Made by a program: the position numbers and the translations under genes
Virus record (IMG/VR): IMGVR_UViG_3300027747_002460
Source: a virus
Direction: 5' to 3' (one strand)
Length of the DNA stretch: 64,000 bases
In this document: piece by piece, positions 1 through 7,940 of the stretch
Numbering within the stretch: position 1 is the stretch's first letter
How the letters are laid out: each line of letters begins with the position of its first letter
Notes under the pieces: generated by a model
Database searches by the model: none
Seen by the model: only the letters and a program-made list of their open reading frames with translations
Told to the model about the DNA's origin: nothing

Positions 1-1
1 C

Positions 2-619
2 AAGACCATTCCACAGGAAGATCTGGACATCATAGCCGAAGCAGCCACGCAGTGTCCAAGCAAGCAGAACATCAGCTACTATAGGGTGCAGTTCATTACC
101 AATCGCGACAGGATCGAACAGGTGTATAGGCTCACCGAGGGTGCTGTCAAGGACCCCGAGAGTCGTAACACCGGTGCCTATCCCCCCAATGGCAAGTCAT
201 ACACCAATCCGCAGACGTTGGCCAATCTCTTGATCGTGTACGAGGCCAAGACTTTTGAGGAAATCAACAACGGTGAGCACGGTCCTCCGCGCAACAAAGA
301 AACATACAACAAGAGCCAAGGCATCTGGGATGAAGATGTGCGTCATAGTTTGGAGCGAGACAGGCGCATTGCCATAGGCATCAGCGCAGGGTATGTGAAT
401 CTGGTTTCTAACCTCTTGGGTTATGCCACCGGGTTCTGTCAATGTGTCAATGACAAGGAAGCCATGCGAGAACTGTTGTGCACACGAACCAGTCCTGCAC
501 TGTTAATGGGAGTGGGATTCAAGAACCCAGAGCTGAATCGCAGGATACACCACGCAGATCATAGCGTGAGGTTTGGGAAACACAAGAAGCAACCCGTGGA
601 AATACTCTGGGTCAAGTGA
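2..619 (+). CDS. Nitroreductase-like protein, 5' end outside window
   Basis: Frame is open from base 2 (KTIPQEDLDIIAEAATQCPSKQN...), a nitroreductase-type A-x-x-x-P-S-x-x-N motif; ends with GVGF. The ORF-track start at 86 is internal. Confidence 0.55.
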   Translation, partial: KTIPQEDLDIIAEAATQCPSKQNISYYRVQFITNRDRIEQVYRLTEGAVKDPESRNTGAYPPNGKSYTNPQTLANLLIVYEAKTFEEINNGEHGPPRNKETYNKSQGIWDEDVRHSLERDRRIAIGISAGYVNLVSNLLGYATGFCQCVNDKEAMRELLCTRTSPALLMGVGFKNPELNRRIHHADHSVRFGKHKKQPVEILWVK

Positions 620-623
620 TTGA

Positions 624-899
624 CTAGGCAAACATGATCTTGAACTGCACCAGTTCCGAGTGGCTGGCAAAACCCATGTAACTGGTAAACGCATCAAACC
701 ACCATGCCCAGGGTTCTGTGCAGTTCTGTTCACACCATGTGACATATCGATGTGGCACACCTGGTTCTGCCTGATCTGGCCCAGGTTTGAAAGCAATCAC
801 GTATGGCAGTTCCTGTGACTGAGGTTTTACATCCCCATGCCACCTGCTATAGCTTCTGGTATAGTCCCTGTCGCGCCTATTAGGCAGGGAAGAAGTCAT
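624..899 (-). CDS. Small hypothetical protein, probable member of the F-x-L-x-W-terminal family
   Basis: WCEQNC core and C-terminus ELVQFKIMFA resemble the array members at 12.6-17.4 kb. Confidence 0.45.
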   Translation of the reverse strand: MTSSLPNRRDRDYTRSYSRWHGDVKPQSQELPYVIAFKPGPDQAEPGVPHRYVTWCEQNCTEPWAWWFDAFTSYMGFASHSELVQFKIMFA

Positions 900-1485
900 A
901 GATCAGCACGCTCTCGCGAGGCAGTTCAGTCTTGGGATAGGGTTGGCTGGCACTCTTGCCGACGGCGATCAGCATACCAACAACCACGTTCGCGGGAGCA
1001 TTGATGGCAGCAGACGTGGCCACTGGATCAAAACCAATCATCGGGCTGCACTGGTAACCAAGATCAGTGGCTGCCAGCATGATGGCCGTGGCACTCATGC
1101 CAATGCTGCGCATGGCTTCGTCGCGCTGTACCTCAGGACGATCCTTGTAGAATCCCTGTGTCATACCAGCCATGTGCTTGGCAGTTTCTTCGCCGTTGGC
1201 TGCCCAGTAACGCTGTGGATCGTCGTTCCATGCTGTGAGATCAGCACACACAGCGATCAGCACAGAGTTGATGCCTACCTGCGCCTGATCCCAGGCAGCA
1301 CGCTTGATCTTTTCCTTGATGCCACGATCGCGGATGGCCACGAAGCGCCAGTTCTGTATGTTGAAGCTGGTAGGTGTCTTGCGAGCAGCGTCGATGATGT
1401 AGTTGAGATCTGTGTCGTTGATCTCCACGCTGTTGTCAAAATCGCGCAGGCTACGACGGGTGTTGATTAGGTCTTTGAATTCCAT
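880..1485 (-). CDS. Nitroreductase family protein
   Basis: RRSLRDF, AARKTPTSFNIQNWRF, LGYQCSPMIGFD motifs. Confidence 0.9.
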   Translation of the reverse strand: MEFKDLINTRRSLRDFDNSVEINDTDLNYIIDAARKTPTSFNIQNWRFVAIRDRGIKEKIKRAAWDQAQVGINSVLIAVCADLTAWNDDPQRYWAANGEETAKHMAGMTQGFYKDRPEVQRDEAMRSIGMSATAIMLAATDLGYQCSPMIGFDPVATSAAINAPANVVVGMLIAVGKSASQPYPKTELPRESVLIYDFFPA

Positions 1486-1501
1486 TTTGTTTTCCTTTTT
1501 T

Positions 1502-2002
1502 TTAACCTAGCTTGCTGACTGAATTGATCACAGCTGCGATGCGGCCGATGTCTCGCAGCTGCTCCACAGTGTAGCCTTCCTTGCGCAGAGTATCGTAATG
1601 TGCTCTCACACAGAAGTGGCACTTGCCCACGATGCTGGCCGCCAAGCTGTAGGCTTCAAATCTGGCCTTGGTGGTGCCGCCGTGTGATGCGATGGCATTC
1701 ATGCGCAGCTGAGCTGGCAATCCCTTGAGATTGACATCGTCTGCCATCTCCACGTAGGGATACCACACGTTGGTCTGTGCCATGATGGCCGCAGCTGTCT
1801 TGGCAGCCGTCATCTCTGTCTCGTCGTCAAACTGTATGGCCTTGATCAAGCGTTGGTTAGCAGTGGTCACAGCGGCTGCGAGTGCGCAGCCCTGTGCTTC
1901 AATGGGATCCAAGGTGCTGCGATTGATCACAGCATCCAGGTTCAGCTTGGTGTCCTTGGCCCAGTCTGGTATGTGAGCCTTAACTGTTTCCACCCAGCTC
2001 AC
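1502..2002 (-). CDS. ahpD: Alkyl hydroperoxide reductase D (CMD family)
   Basis: IPDWAKDTKLNL N-terminus, MAQTNVWYPY, SIVGKCHFCVRAH (CxxC); start overlaps the ahpC stop. Confidence 0.9.
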   Translation of the reverse strand: MSWVETVKAHIPDWAKDTKLNLDAVINRSTLDPIEAQGCALAAAVTTANQRLIKAIQFDDETEMTAAKTAAAIMAQTNVWYPYVEMADDVNLKGLPAQLRMNAIASHGGTTKARFEAYSLAASIVGKCHFCVRAHYDTLRKEGYTVEQLRDIGRIAAVINSVSKLG

Positions 2003-2553
2003 AGCGTGTCTCCGCCAATGGTGCGGTTGCAGGCACAGAGCTCACCAGTCTGCAGCGCATCCAGCACACGCAGCGTTTCTTCCGGGTTGCGACCAACATC
2101 TAGGTTGTTCACTGTCACGTGCTGGATCACGTTGTTGGGATCCACGATGAAGGTGGCACGCAGAGCAGCACCTGCTGGTGCATAGAAAATGCCCAACTGT
2201 TCAATCAAGCTCACGCTGCCACGCTCCTGACCTGGACCATGTCGCGCAGTATCCGCAAATTGGATGTGCTTGATCTTGCTGAGGTCCTCATGGCTGCGTT
2301 GCCATGCCAGCTTGCAGAACTCGTTGTCTGTGCTACCAGTCAGCAACACCGCGTCGCGGTCAGCAAAGTCTTGGAACAGCTTGTCATAGGCTACGATCTC
2401 CGTGGGGCACACAAAGGTAAAGTCCTTGGGATAGTAAACGATCACTTTCCACTTGCCTTCAAAGCTGTTTTCCGTGATTGGAAAGAAATCGTCCTTGCCC
2501 GGATTCACGCCTGTAACCGCAAATGCGGTCAATTTATCACCGACTGTTTTCAC
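1999..2553 (-). CDS. ahpC: Peroxiredoxin AhpC
   Basis: YPKDFTFVCPTEI peroxidatic motif, GRNPEETLRVLDALQ, ELCAC resolving Cys; AGGAG RBS before the GTG start. Confidence 0.95.
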   Translation of the reverse strand: MKTVGDKLTAFAVTGVNPGKDDFFPITENSFEGKWKVIVYYPKDFTFVCPTEIVAYDKLFQDFADRDAVLLTGSTDNEFCKLAWQRSHEDLSKIKHIQFADTARHGPGQERGSVSLIEQLGIFYAPAGAALRATFIVDPNNVIQHVTVNNLDVGRNPEETLRVLDALQTGELCACNRTIGGDTL

Positions 2554-2617
2554 TGTTTTGCTCCTGTGTGAGTAGTGTCTGATTTACACTGCAATATACT
2601 CACACAGTGCTCAAAGG

Positions 2618-2962
2618 TCAATGTGTCTTTGCGTGAGCCAGACCTTGCTCTAGCGCAAGCTGCATGGACTTGATGCCGTCTTCATCTAGGATTACCTCGC
2701 CTGTGGCAGTGTAGTAACCTGTGAACAGCACCTTGGCAGCTATGGTGATGCGCTTCCAGAGATTTTCCCAGAGATTATAGTTCTTGTAGATGCCAACTTC
2801 CAGGCTTAGCACCAGGCTGATATCCTTGATCTGTGGTTCGCCTTCAAACGTTGGTTCAAACCAAAGCTGGCAATCGTGGTTGGGATCCTGGCAGTCACAG
2901 GCTATGCGCCAGCTGCTGCTGCCATCGTCGTAATCTTTGAGCTTCATGATCTTTTTCTGCAT
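2618..2962 (-). CDS. Hypothetical protein
   Basis: 114-aa ORF directly after a TTGACA promoter-like sequence (2991-2996). Confidence 0.55.
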   Translation of the reverse strand: MQKKIMKLKDYDDGSSSWRIACDCQDPNHDCQLWFEPTFEGEPQIKDISLVLSLEVGIYKNYNLWENLWKRITIAAKVLFTGYYTATGEVILDEDGIKSMQLALEQGLAHAKTH

Positions 2963-2999
2963 GACACTAGCATATCAAAAAAACGCAGACTGTCAACCG

Positions 3000-3827
3000 T
3001 TAAGGCAGCTGTCCAGGCAACGCTGTGATGTAGACCACACCATCCATCTCATAGACAAACGCACGTATTGGATCTGGCCAGTACGGTACTTCCAGTGTTT
3101 CGATCATGCCACCCATCTCGCGGGCACGCATGAGATCGATCTGTCGAGGATGGGGTATGAACATGATGTTCTGCCCCTGCATCACAAAGTTTAGCACTTC
3201 TCGGGGAGGTTCTACGCCAATCACGAACCAAGGATTGCTTTGGTGCCATCTGGGGTGTGGTTCCCAGCCACCCCGCTGCATAGCAAACTCTCTGGCACGG
3301 CGTGGTTCCTCGTGCCACTGCTGATAGGCACGTTGGTCACGATCGTTGAAATTGCCTCCGCCCCTGCTCCAGTCACCTCGGGGCTGCTCTCTGGGTTGGC
3401 TGTTGAAGTTGCCGCCACCACGTCCCCAGTCACCGCGAGGTTGTTCGCGCTGTTGGTAGTGGGGCTGTTCCTGTTGCCTCTGCTGTGCCTGCGGCTGTTG
3501 CTGCTGTTGGCGCTTGCGCATCTCTTGGTCCATGCGCCACTGGTCCTGGCTGTGTTGCATGGTCTGCTGCTGTCGGCTCTGTCCTTGGGCTTGGTCGTTG
3601 AAGTTGCCGGCATGAGCTGCGGTGATCCCAGCACCTGCTAGTGCTGCTGCCAGTGCTCCTGTGCGGATCCACTTCTTGATCTTGCCCATGTCAAGCTCTC
3701 GCAGCTGCGCCCATTCCTCGAGATCTTGGTGCATGTTGTTTAGGACCATGTGCGCTAGCTCGCGCTGATCATCCTCGCTGAGGTTGTTGAATTCCAGTAG
3801 GTCTAGGTGTTCTCTGATCGTGCTCAT
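3000..3827 (-). CDS. Gln/Arg/Gly-rich low-complexity protein with hydrophobic segment, possible virion-internal protein
   Basis: TAAATA box at 3833-3838; Glu-rich leader, GALAAALAGAGITAAHA segment, QPRGDWxRGGGNFN repeated twice. Confidence 0.6.
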   Translation of the reverse strand: MSTIREHLDLLEFNNLSEDDQRELAHMVLNNMHQDLEEWAQLRELDMGKIKKWIRTGALAAALAGAGITAAHAGNFNDQAQGQSRQQQTMQHSQDQWRMDQEMRKRQQQQQPQAQQRQQEQPHYQQREQPRGDWGRGGGNFNSQPREQPRGDWSRGGGNFNDRDQRAYQQWHEEPRRAREFAMQRGGWEPHPRWHQSNPWFVIGVEPPREVLNFVMQGQNIMFIPHPRQIDLMRAREMGGMIETLEVPYWPDPIRAFVYEMDGVVYITALPGQLP

Positions 3828-3848
3828 GCGGATATTTATGACACATGC

Positions 3849-4490
3849 TCAACGTTCCATGAGTTGGTCCACGAAGTTCTGCAGCAGCTTGTGATGCCGG
3901 TTCCTGTGCCAGTATGGTTTCATGTATGTGGGTTTGGTATACCAATGAGCTGTGCTCTCTGGATGGCAACCGATCAAGCCAACGCGGCCTTGATAACCAG
4001 CCATGGCATCTCCGTTGCTGTAGGTGCTAACAGCATCAAAATCGCCATCACCATGCAGGGCACAGCCATCATAGAAATACATGCGCTCAGCCTCACCATT
4101 CCAAGTCACGGGCATGGCTTTGGCATGAGGTCTGCGAGTGCAGGTTTCTGGGCGAGTGATGTACTGCGTGGCCTTGACACCATCCAAGAGGTCCAAGTAA
4201 TGATGGGCTGCCCAGTATGCGCCCATGCAGATTCCCATGTAGCGCCCACCGTCTGTAATGAACTGATGCAGACGCTTCTTGTGCATGCCCAGCAGCCGCT
4301 TGTAGTTCTGGGCGTCCCCTATACCACCACCCACGGCCACGATGTCCACGTCATCGAAGAAATCATCTTCGAGGCTGTGCTTGCCAAACAGCTTGAACCT
4401 GTAGTGTGGTTCTAACGCACCTATGATACCGTTGGCACTGTCCGTGCTACAGTAGGGATGAGCTATGAAGATCGCTATCTTGCCGCGCAT
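3849..4490 (-). CDS. BPL_N / class I glutamine amidotransferase-like domain protein
   Basis: VAVGGG and GGRYMGICMGAYWA nucleophile elbow, GCHPE. Confidence 0.7.
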   Translation of the reverse strand: MRGKIAIFIAHPYCSTDSANGIIGALEPHYRFKLFGKHSLEDDFFDDVDIVAVGGGIGDAQNYKRLLGMHKKRLHQFITDGGRYMGICMGAYWAAHHYLDLLDGVKATQYITRPETCTRRPHAKAMPVTWNGEAERMYFYDGCALHGDGDFDAVSTYSNGDAMAGYQGRVGLIGCHPESTAHWYTKPTYMKPYWHRNRHHKLLQNFVDQLMER

Positions 4491-4571
4491 GGAAACTCCT
4501 CAGATGCTTACACTATAGCGGTTATCTGCTAGGAGTCAAGCAGTATCTTTTGGCTGATATTGCTGATATTT

Positions 4572-5153
4572 TCACTCATCTTCGTCCAAGAGATCGTCGT
4601 CCGAATCCGGGTCATGTGTGGCAGCATAATGCGGATCATCATACATCTTGTAGAGGCTTTCGTTTGGACTGATGATGCGATACATGTTTGGCTTGTCCAC
4701 GCTGAGCTTGATCATGGTCATGTCTGTCTCACGCAGGATATCAGTTACCCAGTATGCGCTACCACAACCGCCCGAGAACCGCTTGATAGGCCCATGCTTG
4801 ATGCCCAAACTGTCCAACAGTTCCTTCCATTGGGTTTGATAATAGAGCTGCAGCCTGGTAACACCGCGCTCTTGATTGCGGAGGCGTATCTCATCGGCTC
4901 TGGTGAGATGGGTGATCGTGGCAACATTATCCTCGCCGATGTTCACGAGGCATTCTCGGAACTTGATGGCACCCTTGGTGCGAACGTTGTCTGGAGTTTC
5001 TTTGGTGGACCAAGCAATGTTGGCTTCTACATGCTCAACATAGTAAGTCTGGCCCTTGGCCATCACTATCCACATGGGGATAGTGGGATCTGTTAAATGA
5101 TGTTTATTAAAGTGAAATACTGCTTCTTTACATGCTAGTTCAACCTAAGCCAT
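4572..5153 (-). CDS. Hypothetical protein with in-frame TAG at codon 3 (candidate amber read-through gene)
   Basis: AAGGAG (5166-5161), 7 nt, then ATG GCT TAG GTT GAA CTA GCA TGT AAA..., in frame with the ORF-track start at 5075, which has no RBS. Acidic C-terminus. Confidence 0.6.
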
Positions 5154-5179
5154 TGTCATACTCCTTGTTGTGGTTAGAT

Positions 5180-5201
5180 GGGCTAGGACAGTGCCTAGCC
5201 C
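5180..5201. other. 8-bp stem hairpin without U-tract (RNA processing or stability element?)
   Basis: GGGCTAGG-acagtg-CCTAGCCC between the 5212 gene and the RBS at 5161-5166. Confidence 0.5.
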
Positions 5202-5211
5202 TGTGTACTTA

Positions 5212-5595
5212 TTATATGCTCTTGTATGTGCTGCTCATAGCAGCGAACTGCTGCTTCCATTGCCATTCGTCCAGCACCAGCTGGTTAAAGGTGGTGGCAT
5301 CTACTTCGATGGTTTCTTCCACGCTGAGCTCCAGCATGCGGATGGCCCTGGTATAGCTGTCAGCAAAACTCACTGGCACCTGCGGCGTGGATCGGATCTT
5401 GGCAATCTCAGCCACATCTCCGGTCTGGGCCAAGCGCAGGTTTTCCTGGGCTATCTTGAGCACGCCCTTGGTGAAATCAATCACGCTTTCCTTGTAGTCC
5501 GCGATGTGCTTTTCCTTGTTAGCCCTGACGATGTCCAATAGGTCGTCTCGGTTTACCTTTACGTCTCTCATGGCATTGTTCCTTTGGTCTCGCAT
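5212..5595 (-). CDS. Hypothetical phage protein
   Basis: Clean 127-aa ORF directly downstream of the tRNA pair. Confidence 0.7.
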   Translation of the reverse strand: MRDQRNNAMRDVKVNRDDLLDIVRANKEKHIADYKESVIDFTKGVLKIAQENLRLAQTGDVAEIAKIRSTPQVPVSFADSYTRAIRMLELSVEETIEVDATTFNQLVLDEWQWKQQFAAMSSTYKSI

Positions 5596-5611
5596 GCCTA
5601 GTCTCGCAAAA

Positions 5612-5683
5612 TGGTGCCCTGTATGGGAGTCGAACCCATCTCTGCTGATTTAGAGTCAGCTTCCCTCCCGGAGGGAACAGAGC
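5612..5683 (-). tRNA. tRNA with CUA anticodon (amber suppressor), 72 nt, shortened D arm
   Basis: GCTCTGT T CCCT CCGGG AGGG AA GCTGA CTCTAAA TCAGC AGAG ATGGG TTCGACT CCCAT ACAGGGC A CCA: 7-bp acceptor, canonical T loop, encoded CCA. Confidence 0.85.
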
Positions 5684-5684
5684 G

Positions 5685-5776
5685 TGGTAGGGGTGGAGGG
5701 ATTCGAACCCCCTCGAGAACGGTAATCTGCCGCTAGAAGGTTTATAAAACCTCCCTGTGTACCAACACCCACCCCC
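5685..5776 (-). tRNA. tRNA with UAU anticodon (reads AUA), long variable arm, minimal D loop, 92 nt
   Basis: Acceptor GGGGGTG/CACCCCT, A73, CCA; D arm GTGT-TGGT-ACAC; anticodon arm GAGGT-TTTATAA-ACCTT; V arm AGCGG-CAGATTA-CCGTT; T loop TTCGAAT. Confidence 0.8.
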
Positions 5777-5839
5777 AATACCTTCATAATCAAACCTGCT
5801 GAATTTTAGAAGCAAGCTCCTTCTTGTAGCTCTTGCTGG

Positions 5840-6544
5840 TCACTTGCGATCACCCATCAGTTGCAGCAGATTAATGAAGATGTTGATAAAGTCCATGTAG
5901 AGGTTCAGTGCCCCCATGATTCCAGCTTTATCTCGATCATCACCTTCAACAGCATAGTAGGTTTCCTTGATCTGCTGCATGTCGTATGCAGTGAATCCCA
6001 CGAAGATAAGCACACCGATGGCACTGCAGGCCATCTGCAGAGCACTGCTCTGTAGGAATAGGTTTACCAAGCCCGCGATGATCAGACCAAACAGGCCCAT
6101 CATCAGGAACGATCCCATGTTGCTGAGATCACGGCGTGTGGTGTATCCCCATAGCGCAGTGCTACCAAAAGTAGCAGCGCTGATGAAGAACACCTGTGCG
6201 ATGCTACCCAGCTTGAATATCAAGAATATAGGACTGAGGCTTATGCCCATCAAACCAGCATATACATATAACAACGTCCTGGCAGTGCTCGGAGAAAGGC
6301 TGTTGATCATGAATCCCAGGAAGATTGCCATACCAACTGGAGCCAACATAAAGAACCATTTTTGCGGTCCACCAAAGAATGACACCATCAGTTCTGGGCT
6401 GTTGCCTAACATGAATGCAGTGAGTCCGCTGATTGCCAGCGCTATTGTCATGTAATTGAATACCTGTAACAGATAGGCTCGCAGTCCTAGATCATAATCG
6501 GCATGCGTAGGTGATTGTGATTGTGCTGCTGTCCACGGATCCAT
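5840..6544 (-). CDS. yccA: Bax inhibitor-1/YccA family membrane protein
   Basis: YDLGLRAYLLQVFNYM, AYDMQQIK, GALNLYMDFINIFINLLQL; about 7 hydrophobic segments. Confidence 0.9.
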   Translation of the reverse strand: MDPWTAAQSQSPTHADYDLGLRAYLLQVFNYMTIALAISGLTAFMLGNSPELMVSFFGGPQKWFFMLAPVGMAIFLGFMINSLSPSTARTLLYVYAGLMGISLSPIFLIFKLGSIAQVFFISAATFGSTALWGYTTRRDLSNMGSFLMMGLFGLIIAGLVNLFLQSSALQMACSAIGVLIFVGFTAYDMQQIKETYYAVEGDDRDKAGIMGALNLYMDFINIFINLLQLMGDRK

Positions 6545-6580
6545 GAAGATTCTCCCATCTTTTGTTGTGGTATTGGATAG

Positions 6581-6656
6581 TGGTGGGCCCTCCCAGATTC
6601 GAACTGGGGACCAGACCGTTATGAGCGGCCGGCTCTAACCGCTGAGCTAAAGGCCC
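6581..6656 (-). tRNA. tRNA-Ile2 (CAU, lysidine type)
   Basis: GGGCCTTTAGCTCAGCGGTTAGAGCCGGCCGCTCATAACGGTCTGGTCCCCAGTTCGAATCTGGGAGGGCCCACCA: canonical cloverleaf with a G1-C72 pair and no initiator features, resembling alphaproteobacterial Ile2. Confidence 0.85.
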
Positions 6657-6685
6657 ACTACTATCCAATACCAACTGTGCTAATG

Positions 6686-6709
6686 TAGCACCGATCACAG
6701 CTTTCGCAA
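6686..6709 (-). promoter_or_regulatory. Sigma70-like early promoter heading the tRNA/yccA unit
   Basis: TTGCGA-N13-TGCTA, same geometry as the other copies. Confidence 0.55.
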
Positions 6710-6734
6710 CCGGTTTTACACGTCTACAAGCGAT

Positions 6735-7214
6735 TTATCTCTGTCCTCCCTGTAGATGTTTGATCACATAGCAGTTTGGACCCCATTCGCCCTGCCAGCG
6801 CCAACCGCTGGTCTGCCGGAAACCGTGTGCTAGATAGCTGCCCAGCGCATCATGCCGTGGGAAGCTCCAAATGCGATCGCAGCCTCGAGCCACCGCATTC
6901 TGTTCTGCTGCATCAAACAGCAGCCTGCTCAATCCCTGACCTCTGTGTTCGGGGTGCACCCAGATGCCTCGGCAGCGATAGAGACCGGGTTTGGTGATGA
7001 AGCCGCTGATCACCCCAACTGTGTCACTGTTTCTCAAGCAGACAAAGTCCACAGGGCTGGTGTGTATGTCGCTGTCGTAGCCGCCCAGATACCGCATGGC
7101 GCTGTGCGTGCGCAGCTGGCTGCGCCTGTCAGGCCACAGTTCCGTCTCCCAGATGTGTTTGATCTCATCCCAGCTACAGGGACCCACAGAGATCATTGTC
7201 CTGCAGATCTCCAT
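6735..7214 (-). CDS. GNAT family acetyltransferase
   Basis: RGIWVHPEHRGQGLSRLL acetyl-CoA motif A; YLAHGF. Confidence 0.85.
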   Translation of the reverse strand: MEICRTMISVGPCSWDEIKHIWETELWPDRRSQLRTHSAMRYLGGYDSDIHTSPVDFVCLRNSDTVGVISGFITKPGLYRCRGIWVHPEHRGQGLSRLLFDAAEQNAVARGCDRIWSFPRHDALGSYLAHGFRQTSGWRWQGEWGPNCYVIKHLQGGQR

Positions 7215-7918
7215 GGATAGTTGCCGTTGTGCTTGCCATAGGTCACAGCGTTGCCGTTGTCAAAAAACTCTCTGTTCACGCTGTTGGCATTGCCGTCCAA
7301 GCGGTAGTTTAGCGTGTAGAGGCCGCTGGTTCCCCAGCTGGTAAAGTGTTGGCTGATGGCACCCAGGAAGCGTCGGTCACCGCCCCAGCCCCAGTGCCAA
7401 GCAGCACACACCTGGGCAAACACCTCACGCTTGATGCAGTAGCAGCTGGTGTCAACCAAGTGATGCTGATCGCTCACATACACAGGCCAGCGTCCCAGGC
7501 TCTCGCAGTCATCCAAGCAGAGATAACTACCATCCTTGTCCACGATCTTGCGCAGGCTGTGTGCCCACTGCCAACCCTTGCGTTCTATCACAGCAATCAA
7601 GCTATCAACGTGGCTGGGATCCATGAAGTTGTCTTGGTCCAGCAGCAGCACATAGTCTGTGTTTACCAAGTGTCCCACGGCAGCATAGATGCGATGCCCG
7701 TAGAATCCGCCGCCGCCTGTGTTTTCTGGCAGCTGCATGACCTTGATTCGCCCATCTATGAACCTGCTTAGCACTGCTTGGCAGGCATCTTCAAACTGCG
7801 GGCCGTCTATGACTACCCACACTGAGGTATCAGGATGCGTCTGGTTTATGGCTGACCGTATGGCCTGCTCCAGCTCTGGTGCGCCCGTGGCGGCTATGAC
7901 TATGGTTGCTGTGCTCAT
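7193..7918 (-). CDS. Glycosyltransferase family 2
   Basis: AIRSAINQT, VVIDG, YVLLLDQDN (DxD). Confidence 0.85.
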   Translation of the reverse strand: MSTATIVIAATGAPELEQAIRSAINQTHPDTSVWVVIDGPQFEDACQAVLSRFIDGRIKVMQLPENTGGGGFYGHRIYAAVGHLVNTDYVLLLDQDNFMDPSHVDSLIAVIERKGWQWAHSLRKIVDKDGSYLCLDDCESLGRWPVYVSDQHHLVDTSCYCIKREVFAQVCAAWHWGWGGDRRFLGAISQHFTSWGTSGLYTLNYRLDGNANSVNREFFDNGNAVTYGKHNGNYPWRSAGQ

Positions 7919-7940
7919 CTCACACTATACGCTGAGTGAT

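Noticed and set aside
5612-5683. Bona fide pyrrolysine system
   Set aside because: No pylS/pylBCD in the window, and the tRNA has A73 and a canonical T loop unlike tRNA-Pyl; only the geometry is similar.
6581-6656. tRNA-Met or initiator tRNA
   Set aside because: It lacks the C1-A72 mismatch and the three G-C anticodon pairs of fMet, and its sequence pattern fits Ile2 better; elongator Met is not formally excluded.
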